From contig JAADVB010000044.1 in the NCBI GenBank assembly GCA_023334545.1, positions 1 through 64,000 of the forward strand: a stretch of 64,000 nt of DNA, in the 5' to 3' direction. The DNA is from Salisapilia sapeloensis CBS 127946 (Eukaryota > Protista > Oomycota). A program made the translations under genes and the position numbers. Under the pieces are notes generated by a model. That model was not told the DNA's origin. It made no database searches and was given only the letters and a program-made list of their open reading frames with translations. Numbering within the stretch: position 1 is the first letter of the stretch; each line of letters opens with the position of its first letter. Of this stretch, positions 22,259-35,323 are shown piece by piece.

Positions 22259-24474
22259 CTAGATGGTGAGGATGTTCACGTCTGAGGCGCTGTGGCTTGA
22301 TGGATCGTTGTTGTCTTTTGAAAATACATGACTGTCTTTTAATAGCGCTTCCTCTGGTCCATTTCGGAAACCGGAAGATGTATGTAGCATGCGTCTTGTA
22401 TCATCCATGCCTACAAGATGTGTTTGTTTCATGAAAGTGTATCGATGTGGTAGTATAAAGACTGACATGATAGGGAAGACTCAGTTCTAGGTCTTGACGT
22501 TGTTGGTCGAATGGGCAGTGATCGTAGTCCCAAGGATGTTGATGGTCGTACTCGAGCCATTTCGCGAGCCTTTGCCTGTTCAAGTTGTACCTGCCATTCT
22601 TTCTTGGTGTTGTTAATCTCCTAGAGATAGAAGTCAACTTAGAGCACAGGGTCTTATGATCCATAAGTGAAGATGCTCACGTTGCGAATGAGATCGAGGG
22701 AGATCTCATTTTGTAGTATAAGCTCCGTTAGCTCCACATCAACCATTGCCGAGTCATCCATAAACTGCAGGAAAATAGCTTCGTCAGGACGTCTGACTTA
22801 GATGTGAATAGCACAAGGTTACCTCCGACGTAGACAGCCTGGCTTCTGTCCGTCCGTTGTTTTCAGTTGGTGCTCTTCGTGATTTCTTCTTTTCCTTGGA
22901 GTTTTTCGTCTCCTTTGGTGTAACTTGAGGCTCTACGTCTAGAGTATCGACAGAAGATCTTCTCGACAGTCTACCATTTGAATGGTTTCTTAAAATCGAA
23001 TTGCTGTCCCTGGTAGCTAGTTGCTTCTTTAAGTCATCTACTTGAGCTTTTAAAACCGGGATGTTGTTGTTTTCAAGTTGCAGTCGCTGATTTTCAGCTT
23101 CTAGCTTCTCTAGTTTTGCGGTGGATGCTGATGTATGCTCTTTCGTCGACTCGAGTTCTGTCTAATAAGCAAGTGTCAATGATGGTAAGTTTATGAGTGG
23201 TGGTAGCGTTCCTTCTTCTCACCGTCAGAGTTTCAATGTGCTTGATGAGCTTTCGGATCGTTGCATGTGGGTCGGAAGGATCAATGGGTAGATGCAAAGT
23301 CTGCACTCGTATTCCAGAAGAAGCAGTTCCTGGCCTCGAAGATGTTGGAGGCTCTGAATTGAGTTCGACTGTACCTAAGCTTTCATCTAAATTGTCATCT
23401 TCATCTTGGCTGTCATTCGTATTAGCAGCTCGAAGCTTCTGAACAAAATTCGACGGTGCGGCAACAGTGTCAACCTCAATTGAAGGCTCTGCATCGTTGC
23501 TCTCGTTTGATTCCTCAACGGAGTTCACGAGATACTCCATTAGGATTGGGTTACTATTCAAAAAGTCATCACGAAAGAGTCGCACATCACCCCGAGGCAT
23601 GTTTGGATTGCTAAATGGGTCAAAGCCTACAATGTACAGTCAAATTGTGCGCGTCTACCAACGACAAAAAGATTATCTTCACCTGTCGTGTTTGATGCCC
23701 ATGGGTCCGTTTTGACTGAGGCTGTGCTAGGACGCGATACCGGCTTTGCATCCTTTAGTTTAATTTCGTCGATCGAAGCGTCATCAGCCAAGTCACGATC
23801 AAGTTGCGTTATGGTTTCACCGTCCAAAGAGCGCACTCGTGGCAGCTCTCGTACAATTGAAAACTTGTAGCTCTCCGATGAAGTGGAGCACGGGTTACCA
23901 CCTAAATCCAAATGCCGAAGCTGCAAAGTATCAAACATTTTTAGAAAGACTTAAGGTAATCTAGATCAATTATTTCAGATAAACCTTTGGTAATGCTCGA
24001 CACGTTTGTACACATTCATCGAGATTTCCAAGTTGGTTTCCATACGCTGATAGAACTGATAATGCCTTGAGCTTTGCCACCGGTCCCAAGCTCGTGATCT
24101 GATTGTTGGACACAAAAAGTTTCTTGAGACGTGTGCATTGTAGGCCCCCAAGAGACTGAAGACAGTTAAAGTTCAGGTTCAGCTCCACGAGATCAGTAAA
24201 TAAATTGAAGTAGTCCAGTGACGAGATTTTGTTGTGCGACAGAGACAATAGCTCGATCGAAGCCAACTGTTCTGCACACTCCTCTTCAAAGCCTATCACA
24301 TCTTCATCTCGAAGTATGATCTATGTAGAAGTCAGCTCATAACCGTAATTCTTGGTGTAGGAAATGCAAAAGTACCTCTTGAGTAGATGCTAGATCGTAC
24401 AGTCCAAGCTTTTCCGCAAGGAGATTTGAACTCAGTACGAGCGGCGATGGCGACTTGTCGTCGTCTTGATCCAT
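22259..24474 (-). CDS. Leucine-rich repeat protein (SDS22-like LRRs with LRR cap) with a low-complexity C-terminus, multi-exon
   Basis: LELLSLSHNKI, LVELNLNFNCL, LKKLFVSNNQI, LSVLSAYGNQL, then LRHLDLGGNPC…IVRELPRVRSLDG (LRRcap). ATG at 24474. The 3' exon structure and stop are approximate. Confidence 0.7.
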
Positions 24475-24579
24475 CGTCTTGGAGTTATTGCAATTGTAAG
24501 TCAACCATCGTTAAAGACCGTTTCATCTCCTTTTAGCTTTCCTCTGCATTTGGAATGCACTTCCTTTGATCCAGGCCAA

Positions 24580-27500
24580 ATGAGTACCGGACTTGGCTAT
24601 GATATCACTTCTGAGGATGTATACTCATGTAGTGGTGATTTAGAGGAGAAAGATAAAACTCATCCGGCTGCAATCCCTCCAATTCATGACCTTGGGGAAT
24701 TGCGACTGACACATCGATATGACCCTGAAAAGCTGAACGCAAAGTTTCCGTGGTATCGGTAGGTATCTATATCAATCACTATAATCAATTGAAAGCTATA
24801 TTTTCCTAACTTTCCGGGTAGTAGCAACTCTAATGATGATTTGATTACGACTACTAAGCATCATGAAGATACAGAAACATCATTCGAAGTTCCACAGGAA
24901 TTGCGTCCACTGGGTTTCCGTAGGCGATACATGAGGACTATACAGCTAATCCCGGATTCCGACGAAGATGCCATTTATAAAAATCGGCTGAGTGACAATC
25001 AGGACATCGATGTCGTCGATCCGCTCGCACAATCTAATTTTAAGCTCGTGAAATCTGCATCTCTTGCCAATGTACTACCCGGGAAAATACCCGAACGAAG
25101 AATCAGAAAGCAAAATGCAGAGAAGCAGACCACTATAGGCGAGAGAGGACGGAAAAAGGGCGATGATAAGCCGAGTCATTTGATAAAGGATAAAAAGCTT
25201 CGTACGACAACAAGTACTCGAGCAATTCTCTTGGTGTGCCTTCTATTCGATTGAATTTACAAGCAATGACTAAAATATGCCTTGCTAATGATTTAGGCAA
25301 AAACGAGGTCACGTGGGAGCTGCCACAACCTGGAGCAGCTACCAAATATTTCACGCCAGCTCCAATTATCGGATAACCCTCTTGAGAGTATCGACAAGAG
25401 CGATTTAAATGAATACGTTGGGGCTCATGCGAAAGCGCAGTTCTTTACAAAGTATCATCACTTGCATTCCCGTTCTAGTCTCTTTGTGGAGACAACGAGT
25501 CAGGAAGAAACTGGCGTTGGAAACGCCTTTAAACCTATGCAAGAACAAAATACGTCTAACAGGTCAATACCATCACAAAAGAAAAGTTTCATTGCAACAT
25601 TACCCAGCTCTCCAAGCGTCGATCAGCAATCGAACTCATGCCGCGTGAATGTTGCTCCATTGCCTTCGAATTATGGAACGGAAGATTTGTCACCTCGATC
25701 TGTGTACTTGTCTAACTGTGTAGCGAATGGTAATTTGGCGTTGCCATTTCTACTTCGGCGAAGGATGACAAAAGTATTTGACTTTTCATACCAGTCTCTT
25801 GGCGATGACTTCATCAAGGACTTTGCACTTTGCCTCGGGCTCAAAATGCCAGTAGTAGAAGAGATTATCGTTCGTGACAATCGGTTAACAGACACTGGAT
25901 TAAATACACTACTGGAGGCAATATCTCGTGGTAGCAGCAGTCTCTATCTTCGTCGCCTGGACATCTCTCAAAACACCATCGGCGAGAAAAGTGCCCAGAC
26001 ACTGCGTAGCTATATCGTGTCACCGACCTGTACACTCCAAGAGCTCATTGTCGACAATGCTGATATTGATGACCGTGAGTGTGCAGCATTTATGTCTGCA
26101 TTTGAGGAGAATGCAACCATTTCGCAGCTTGGCATGAGTCACAACAGCATAGGAAAGTCAGAGCATCTAAACGTCGTGAAACCCTCTTTCACAACTGGAG
26201 GGGAAGCCATCGCAGCAATGCTTCGAATGAACAAGGTGATGACTCACCTCGACATTTCGTGGAACTTCTTGCGATTGGAGAGCAGCATCGAGCTCGCTCG
26301 CTCCGTACTACTTAATGGCACACTAGTGAAGCTACAACTAGCGTACAATGCGTGTGGAGATGCAGGTGCAATGACGTTTGGGAAAGCACTACAGACGAAC
26401 AAGCAGTTACGTGTCTTGGACCTGTCATACAATGGCATCGGATCGAAAGGTGCTATGGTTTTAGCAACAGCTCTACGAAGTAACCATACGCTTTCTTCAC
26501 TACAAATGAACGGCAACAATATCGGAAGAGAAGGTGGACAAGCCCTGCTGTTGGCCTTGAGCGCAAATCGAACAGATGAGCCTTTTGAACTTGGACTCCA
26601 TGCGTGCAACTTCGGATCAACAAATGTCCACATAGATAGTGGAAACACGTCCAAAAGACCTGCGAACGCGGTTTCATCAAGACACACCGGAAGATCACAG
26701 ACAGCTTCAGCTTCAGACGCTAAAAATGAGTTTGATGTGTCAGAGTTTCCAGTGTACACGACCCAATCCGGAATGCTTTTTAACGCCAAGGAGCCAACTG
26801 GTCACTACATACTCGAACTGGATGATGCTTATGGGCACATGATTCTCATGGAACTTATGCGTCTTGCTCGGTACAAGAAGGGCTGTCGGTTTCTTCGAAT
26901 TGAGCATCAGCTGCCAGGTCGAAAAGGTGGCAAGCCAATAAAACGAATAGTAGATATCATTCGCGTCGAAAGTGAGGCAGTCTTGAGAAATTCATTTTCT
27001 ACTGGCAAGAATTCGAGCTTAAAGCATGTGAGTTCCCAACTGGAAGACCATGGACTCGATTCATTATTTGAGGGAATAGACCAAGATCACTCCGGATCTC
27101 TCGACTTTGATGAGATCAAATATGCTTTCAATCGAATTGGGTTGTTTCCTCAAGATGAATATCTACACAATGTTGTAAACCAAGTTGATCTCGATCACTC
27201 GAGCTCCTTAGATGCAGGTGAATTTGCCTTCTTCTTCCTTCGGACAGTGTTTCAACTGATGGACACAGACGGCTCCGGGAAGATTGATGCGTCGGAGCTA
27301 GCTCAAGTGTACCAATCGTTGGGAATTGCTACATACCGAGAAGGAGAGGTTGCTGATGCCATCGCTCAATTTGACATTAACGGCGACGGTGAAATGGAAG
27401 AAGTGGAGTTCATTGAGTTCATGACGGATCGACTTCTAGAGACGATCAAAATACAATTGTTTGGAGATGATGATACGGACAAAAGCAAGGTAGATGAAAG

Positions 27501-29184
27501 AGATACAGTAGACGTGATGCTACTCGACGCATCGACGCAAAGACCATGGGAAGTTCCAGAAGAAGGGATACTGTTAGTAGACTTTGTGTACGAACGAGAA
27601 GCCTTTGAAACAAATGAAGACGCATATCAATGGTCTAAAGTGCCATCGAAAGGCTTTCAGCAGCTTATGCATAACCTCTTAAACCCGAGTCACACGAAGA
27701 GTGAGCGTGATGATCTGTTCCAGGTTGCCATATACGACTCAGATCTACGTTTTACTGCTCCTCAGGCACACGAACTGCTTCAAAGCTGTGGATATCTCAA
27801 GTCAGAAGACAAAATGCTCGAATCTGTGGGATTGATGCTGCCGCAGATGCTAACGACGAGGGACGCGCAACTACTCGTCTCCCAGACGCTGACACTCCGA
27901 CAACGCTACCGTCTCAAAGCTCACTTGGGTTGTAGCTACTCGATTTTCTTAGGCAACCCGACTGCTAGATACGTAATTGATCTGTCCAAACCGAAGGATC
28001 GGATGGCATTGTGTAAGCTAGCCGAAGTTGCTCAATGCGAAAAGCTTTTTTCGCGACACCGATCCAATCGCATGGATACATCTCAGCATGGTAATTGGGA
28101 GAACTTTCGCAATGAGAAACTAGATGGACAACCTATTGCCCTGACACAAGCCTTTTTTTGCGTACTACCTCGACGAGGAAGACTGTGCTTCGATTATGTG
28201 AGTACGAGCCGACCAAAGAAAGGAAAGGAGCCACTTAGTACCCGTCGTTTCCAGCAGCTTATTCGTGCGCTGGAAACCGACCTGGACTTGGTCTTGACTC
28301 CAGGTGACACGTCTAGATCTAGTCTATTTACGAGAAATGACGAGCAACAAGGAAAACAGCCTCGTCTATCGCCCTGCAATAGCGTTGACTCCCTACAGGA
28401 TCATCTGACTGTAGCGAATGATGCACCTGAAGATGTAGAAACTTGGAACACTTCTGCTTTATCTGGAAATGAAGATAGAAACGATTTGTCGAATGATATA
28501 CGCACGTCAGTGTCGCAGGACCGACTGAGTGAGCTGTCTCCACGAGCGTTGCAAGCAGAAGAAACTCCAGTACCTGTTCCATCTTTGGTATTTGGGAAAG
28601 CGGAAGTGGGATTGAAGCTTGTGCAAATCGAAGCAGCCATGTGTGATCGATGGGTAACGTGTGCACAGGCCAAAGAAATCGTCGAGTGCCTGCCAACGAC
28701 ACACTTTCAAGCTCGCGCCGAAGCGACGCGCATTCTATTCTCTCGCATCATCGACTTGGACAATTTCTATCAACTGTATGATTCGCTAGAAACTGTGGAT
28801 CAGGCCAAGATTGCAAAGACTCTTGGTTGGCTTAACATTATGAACCCGATGATGCCAGACCGTCGGTATAGACTCGACTTGAGTGTGTGGGATGAGCGTG
28901 AGCTGGCCAAGTTACTGGTAGTGCTAGCCATCGCCGAACCCGGAGAGAACTGGTTGGATCAGTATTTTGCCCATACGAAAGAGGATGCGGGTGTCCCGGG
29001 ATGGAAATTACCAACCCGATGGGAACAAGAGGATCCGAAAGACAGTGCGAGTGGTGTCAATCGTTCAGGATATTTGGAACTCACGTACTACTCTGGTCAC
29101 GACCGAGGATGCGCACCAATTCAATCGCTACGAAAGTCGCTCATGGAACGCACGCTATGCGGCACGCGTCTCTACTATCTCTAA
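24580..29184 (+). CDS. Large protein with RI-like (NLRC3-type) LRRs, four EF-hands and a repeated C-terminal module
   Basis: ORF 25462-29184 carries LRRs (LRRLDISQNTIG, LDISWNFL, LRVLDLSYNGIG) and EF-hand loops DQDHSGSLDFDE, DLDHSSSLDAGE, DTDGSGKIDASE and DINGDGEMEEVE. The upstream exons (24580-25460) are inferred and uncertain. Confidence 0.75.
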
Positions 29185-29376
29185 GTTTCTCCATGTATCG
29201 CTCATGAAGCCAAGTCAGACGTAATGCACGTTGTAAGATCGGTTTTCACAGGTTTGTCCGTTTACACTTGTGGTTTGTATGACGCAAAAATGCTGACACA
29301 TCCCGAATTCAACTTGCGGAGGTAGAGGACACTTGAGCAGCACCTGTCATTTAGCAATTCTACAAGTGAGAAAAGA

Positions 29377-30203
29377 ATGGGAGTCGACACTGCAGCACCG
29401 TATTCAGCTCCAGGAGCGTCTGCAACAGGACCATCGAAGCCACTACAGCGGACGTACAGTCAGCCATTGTGGCGACCGGATAGTGATAGCTATGCTTGTA
29501 TGCGTTGTAATGGACCCTTCTCATTCTGGTTACGACGTCGCCATCACTGCAGGTATGTGCCTTGTAAACTCAATAATACGGTATCACTCAAGGGAGAGGT
29601 AGGTCCTGTGGCGAACTCGTATGTGCGGACTGTTCCCCATTCACGCATGAACTGCCTCACCTGGGATACGCGAGTCCCGTGCGTATCTGCATTCGCTGTG
29701 CAGACGAGGCGAAGGACTTGAGTGCGCGATACACAAGTAGCGAGCAAGAAGAGGACGAAAAACAAGATCTAGATGACGGAATGTTGATGATACGCGCGGT
29801 GGAAGTCTTGCACACGCAGTCGATTCTAAAGCAGACCAAGATGTCGTACCAATACTTTGTCAAGTCAGAAGCCGTCAATTGGCTCGCGGACGCCGGAATC
29901 TGTCGTTCTCGTCAGGACTGTGCCGTGTTATTTCAGAAACTCGTGAGTGAAGAGTATGTCGTGCTGAAGCCATGGAAAGGATCCTTTGCCAGTACATTTT
30001 ACGTTCTCAGTAGTGAGTTAGAACTGGCTCGAGTCTCGCATTATAGCAACCAGGCACAAGCAGAGACAGCCAGGTGCTCGAACTGCTCCAGGTCGTTTTT
30101 GAAAACCATGGCACCATCGTCTGGATTTTGCTCCATCGATTGCAAGACCAACGCATTGTTCATGCAAGCGGACTCGGCTCGAGCTCATCGATATTGCTCG
30201 TAG
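29377..30203 (+). CDS. FYVE zinc finger + DEP-like domain + C-terminal FCS-type zinc-finger motif
   Basis: WRPD…CMRC…RRRHHCR, then a 50-nt intron (29553-29602), then SCGELVCADC…RICIRC (FYVE). FVKSEAVNWL…LFQKLV (DEP-like). CSNC…GFCSIDCK. Confidence 0.8.
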
Positions 30204-30304
30204 ATGCCGACGGATGTGTTGAGAGATGGTGTGGGGTTTAATTTTATTTGTACGTACGAGAGAAATAAATGGAAATACGACATGCGGTTGGAGTCTATTG
30301 CTTG

Positions 30305-30799
30305 TTACTTGAGTGGATGGACACGGTCTGTCGGGTAGTGTGCTTTCACGAGCTTTACGTGTGATGGTGGCCACAAGACGGCACTTACACGTGAGTCAAT
30401 GAGAGCTAGTGGCACGTCTCCGAACTTGTCGCTATCGTCAGAAGCGATCTCCCCATCGCTTTCGATCCAGCAGTGACCAACGGGCACGACATGCCGGCCA
30501 CCTTGTCGATCGGTCATAAAGTCGCCTTCTTTCGCGATCATACGCTTGATCAAGTACTCGCCAGGTACTTCCGGTGATTCCAAGACGACGATATCACCAC
30601 GATTGAATTGATTCCGGAGTTGGATGGCAAAGCGATTTAAAAGGACAAAGTCACCAATCGAGTTCGAGTCAGCGCCGGCATTCAACTCTGGTTGCATCGA
30701 CCGGCCTTTAACAAAAGATCCGCTCACAACGAGTGAGTTGAAAGCGATGCCGACGGGCATCCAGAGCGCCACCTGCGCTGCCGTCCTCCACTTGGACAT
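30305..30799 (-). CDS. IMMP2L: Mitochondrial inner membrane protease subunit (IMP2-like, peptidase S26)
   Basis: Catalytic motifs VKGRSMQP (Ser) and LIKRM (Lys); RGDIVVL; VPVGHCWIE…DSDKFG. Likely ATG at 30799. Confidence 0.8.
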   Translation of the reverse strand: MSKWRTAAQVALWMPVGIAFNSLVVSGSFVKGRSMQPELNAGADSNSIGDFVLLNRFAIQLRNQFNRGDIVVLESPEVPGEYLIKRMIAKEGDFMTDRQGGRHVVPVGHCWIESDGEIASDDSDKFGDVPLALIDSRVSAVLWPPSHVKLVKAHYPTDRVHPLK

Positions 30800-30848
30800 G
30801 AGGAAAACGAAATAAAAAGTAAAGAAAAGTGAAATGCAATTTTCTTTT

Positions 30849-32873
30849 TTACGGCGTCCTAGCCAAGTCGTTCGATAGGTTGCAGCTATGTGTGAAGGTG
30901 TAAAGTGTTGCGATGACGAGGAGATGGAGAAGGAGGATGTAGCCAAAGGCAAAGGCTCGAGTGATCCGATGGCCGAGAACAAGTTTTGCACTAGGCAAAA
31001 GAATTTTGTCCACAGCATTTAGATTCGAATACCGTTCCTTGGACTCCATCTTGTTGAATTGGGCGAAAGGATTCATACGTTGCTCGTACTTAGACTGATA
31101 TCGACCTTCCGTCTCATCCACTTGGTCCATGTCGACAGCATACTCGCCGGTCTTGGGCTGGACATTGCGGTTGCCTTTGCCGCCAGACTGGTAGTTCTGC
31201 AGGTACCGGATCTTGTGGTACAATTGCATGTTATCCTGCTCTAGTCTCGAAACAGACAGTTGGAGTCCCTTGACCTGTTCTTCCAAGCGAGTCTTTTCAT
31301 CTTGTAGTTCCTTGGAGCGTTCTCGGAATCGATCGCGTTGACCACGCACGATCTCGAGCATCTTTCCATCCGACTTATTCGTCTCGCTCTCTTCATTTAA
31401 TGCGTCTCGAAGGATATCTGCACCTGTCCCTGGCGCTAGACTATCTCGAGACTGATTCGATTGGTTTTGTTCCAATGCAGCTACATTCTCTTCGAGGTTA
31501 CGCAGCACCATTTGGAGCTCTTCGATCGTTGCGTCTCGTTGAGATAGCTTCTCCTGCGCTTGAGCCAGCTCCTGCTCCTTTTCCTGAACCGAGAGTTGGT
31601 TCTGCTTTAGTGTGCTTTCAGCACGTCGAACGCGAGAGACGAGTACACGTTCTAGTTCCGAAGCAGGAGCTACTCCAGCCTCATTCGACATCGCGCTTTC
31701 GTCATCGTCTACAATGTTGTACTCCAATTGGCGCAAGACTTTTAGCTCATGGATCACATCGTTGTGTGCTTCTGACGTTGGTCGAAGGGATACTTCAGCC
31801 TGCAGTCTCTCGATCTCTTTTTCTTTTTCTTGTAGTCTATCACGCCACCTCTCCTGTCCTTCCTCTGCGTCCTTTTGATACTTCATCGCGTCGTCCTGGG
31901 CTTGTGTTAGCTTCGTACGTAGGTCTGCTATGATACTATCACGCTCCTCCAATTGACTCGTTGTATTCTCAGTCGAGGAGACTGTGCTATCACTTTCGTT
32001 CGTCTCGTGACGAGACTGTAGCTGCTCCACTTGCTTCTTCAGCTGTGCATTTTCCAATTGCAGTGTCTGTGTAAGCATAGTCTCTTGTGCAACAGACTCC
32101 ATTTCGGTCTCAAGACTATCGTCACGAAGCTTTTCTCGCTGCTTACGTGTGAAAAGCTCCGACTGCATCGCATCTAAGCGAGCAAAGGCGTCTCGTAGCT
32201 CACTTCGACTGGTTTCAAGCTGACGTTCGTAGTCAAGCTTTTGTTCCTGGAACTCGGCGCTCTTGGCATCCATCTCCTGTTCGAGTTCTCTGCACTTTTC
32301 GTCCACTTGCTCACTAATCGTCTCCTCCATCGACGATTCGTATGATGCGATAGTGTCTTCCAACTTGCGAATGGTAATGTCCTGGTTCTTTAAAGACGAA
32401 AACTCTTCGTCATATTCCTGTAATTCTTTCTGCAAACGTTTATTTTCGTCCTCAAGCTCTGTGATCCGACTGTCATTAGCAGATTCGAGCGCTGGGACCG
32501 GGTCAGGAGCTCGATACAACCCTTTATACATGTGAAAGAATGCTCCTTCGGCGTATTTCGCACGGCGAGTTAAGTTGTCAATCTCTTGTTGGTAAGAACG
32601 AAGGAGGTTGTTAACGTCCGTGAGCTTTTGGTCGTCTGGAAGCTTTCGAAAGTCCTTCGTAGCTTCTGCCAATTGCTTCCGAGCCTTCATACTGTTATCT
32701 TTCTCCATCTTCATCTTACTCCCTTGTTCCCCCAAAGCAGTTCGTTTCGTGTCTAGATCAAAAGCTTTCCAGAACTCGAGGACTGGAGGCTGCTTGTCAT
32801 ACGAGAGCAATAGGATCGATTATCAGACATGCTCTGGAGGCCTATTGTATTGGAAATGTAGTACGTACGACAT
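30849..32873 (-). CDS. CASP: CASP / COY1 golgin (CUX1 alternative product): coiled-coil with a C-terminal membrane anchor
   Basis: N-terminal VLEFWKAFDL…YQQEIDNLTRRAKYAEGAFF, a long coiled coil, IVRGQRDRFR…DNMQLYHKIRYLQNY, and a TM segment with the family Tyr and His (FGYILLLHLLV). The tiny first exon (ATG 32873) is inferred. Confidence 0.85.
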
Positions 32874-33074
32874 TTTGACGACTTGTATTGGACCGAGATT
32901 GGGAAAATATAGATGTAGAGGATGTACTACTAGCAGGAGATGGTGGAGATGAAGTGTTCACCCCAGCATTCGGACTTGCCTCCATCCCACTCGCTACGTT
33001 CTCGCTTCTTGTGTATTGACGTTCTTTTCACGGGACACGAAGGAAATATATATATTGATTCGAGACGGACATCA

Positions 33075-33629
33075 ATGATGCCACGGACTGCGATGGCAGC
33101 GCTGAGGCAGTGTGCTGGACGTCAGTTGGGAGCTAGTGGACCATTATGGAGCTATCAAAGTCGACGATTTGGAACGCATGTTAGTATCATTGGTATGGAG
33201 CATTGTGATTCAATAAGTAGTCGAATTGAGGTGGATTAAAGGTGGTTGTTGGGTATTGCTACTAGGTCTGCATTGGAAGACGGATGATGTGCGGCTACGG
33301 GAAGTGTTTGCAAAATATGGCGAGCTGGAGAAAGGTAGTTTGGGCTAGCATATATTCGGTGGAGTAAAAGTTTATAGTAACGAATACGATAGCTCGCGTG
33401 ATTTCGCCAGAGCACTCATCGACGCATTTGTGGGCTGCACTGACCTACAAGAAGTTTGACGAGGCTTTTGAAGCTGTGGCGGAGATGAATGGGCAGGTGC
33501 GTTACTTCAAAAATATTATTAACTGGTCAAAATGAGATCTGAATGCATACACAGGAGATGGACGGACGCATCCTCCGCGTGAGTATCGTGGACACGACAG
33601 AAGATGACGAGATACCAATCGATCAATAG
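33075..33629 (+). CDS. Single-RRM RNA-binding protein with a mitochondrial presequence-like N-terminus (four exons; RRM exons not in the ORF track)
   Basis: Spliced: MMPRTAMAALRQ…RRFGTHVSII-GLHWKTDDVRLREVFAKYGELEK-ARVI…WAALTYKKFDEAFEAVAEMNGQ-EMDGRILRVSIV…*, an RRM fold pattern. Confidence 0.75.
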
Positions 33630-33693
33630 AAAGCAGCACATTACATTCATAGGACAATGCAAAGTGTGTTCAATTTAGCCTGCCATTTGTTGT

Positions 33694-35049
33694 CTACACT
33701 TCCGTTTCTTCAGTAGGTAGACTGCGATTGCTTTTCCACTCTAACAGACTCGGCACGTCGTCTTTCACAAGAGCTAGAAGAATTGACAGCTTCTCATTTG
33801 CACGAGCCGCACCCACGTCTATACGAGTGCAGTTCACAGCAGACCGATCACCACGTCTGGAAGCTAGAGCTGGCATGAGCTCATATGTCTTCTCCTGCAT
33901 CTCCCTCGCTTTCGTAAATTCTTGCGATGAAGTGTAGATGTGCCCTAGCCTACCAAATGCATCTGCTTGCTTTGCAACATCCGACGTGACGGTAGCAATT
34001 GCGCTGCATCGATTCAAGAACTCGATGGACAATTCTTTGTTTTCAAGCTTTTCATAGGCAGTGGCTAGCTCAGCACACGCATCACCTTCACCTTCTGCAT
34101 CCTCTTCTTTCACGCTAGCTTCCAACTAACGCATATAGGAGGAGATAGGTCAGACAGGATGGATGAAAAACGACGTAAGGATGCTTACATAAGCTTCTAG
34201 ATACGGAATAGCACTCGAAGGCTGATGGAGAGCATTGTAGCAGACACCGATCTTGTACTGCGCCCAGGCCGATTTTGATGCGTCCTCTCCTTTCTTGGAT
34301 GTTTCCATCAGTTTGGTGTAGATTGCAATCGCTTGCTCATATAAACGCTTTGTTTCACATGTTTGGGCTTGATCCTGGTAGATCTTCCCTAAGTGAATGT
34401 AAGCTTCGACGCGCAACGGTGCATCATCTTCATGCTCGTACACGATCTCCGCCATGGCGACTCGTTCTTCTAGACAAGCGCATGCTTTATTCAAGTCTCC
34501 AAGGCGGTGATACCCATTGCCCACTTCGCCTAACATTCGTAGCTCTTGTGGCTGGTCTTTCGCCAGCCTCATGACTTCGACACATTTTTCAAGAAAAAAG
34601 ACCATCGTTTTCAAATCATTCTTCTCTCGACAGTAGACCGCCAGGTTTTCATACGCTGATAGTACTTCCATGACTTCACCTTTCCTCTTACAAAGCTCTG
34701 CAGCAACCAAATGATCTCGTAGAAACTCCATCTCCGAGATGTCCATGACTGGACTGGGCAATGTGCTTGCCTCTTCCTTATCAGTCGATGCTGCTGCATC
34801 TTGACGATGGATAAGGTAGAACATGTCGACAAAGGCATGGACATAGCCGTCCATGAGGATCTGTGTACAAAAGTCTTCTTTCACTGCTGCTGGAGATGAA
34901 GTAGGCGGGACAAGAGGTTCGTTAGCAGGTTCGACATGATGTCGGTCTGCCGGACGTTTTAAAGGACCAGGCCGAGCATGTCCAGTCGCTCCTTGCCTCT
35001 GTGCAGAGCGCCCAGCTTTCTTCATCGTGCCTTCCTTTCGTCTATCCAT
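33694..35049 (-). CDS. TTC29: Tetratricopeptide repeat protein 29-like (flagellar-associated TPR protein)
   Basis: LMDGYVHAFVDMFYL, TPR-like helices and C-terminal DVGAARAN…SLLEWK. One GTAAGC…TTAG intron at 34188-34126. Confidence 0.65.
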
Positions 35050-35323
35050 CGCTATGATGATAGTGGTTGCTATGAAGAGATAGGGACGCTTGATGGTAGT
35101 AAATGAATCTGAAACGTCTCGAGGCGGAAATAGGAGGATGATAGAGTATCATGAACAGAGGAAAGAAGAGCAAGTGTCAGCAGTCGAAACGATGTAACGA
35201 ATAGTGCGTAATACAGGCAGAACGGTTCAGTTCGTCTTGTATTTCCCAACTTTGACAGGAAGATGTGCAACTGGCATGATAGGTCTCTTACCACTGCCAA
35301 TCTTCCTGAGTGCATTGTTGAGC

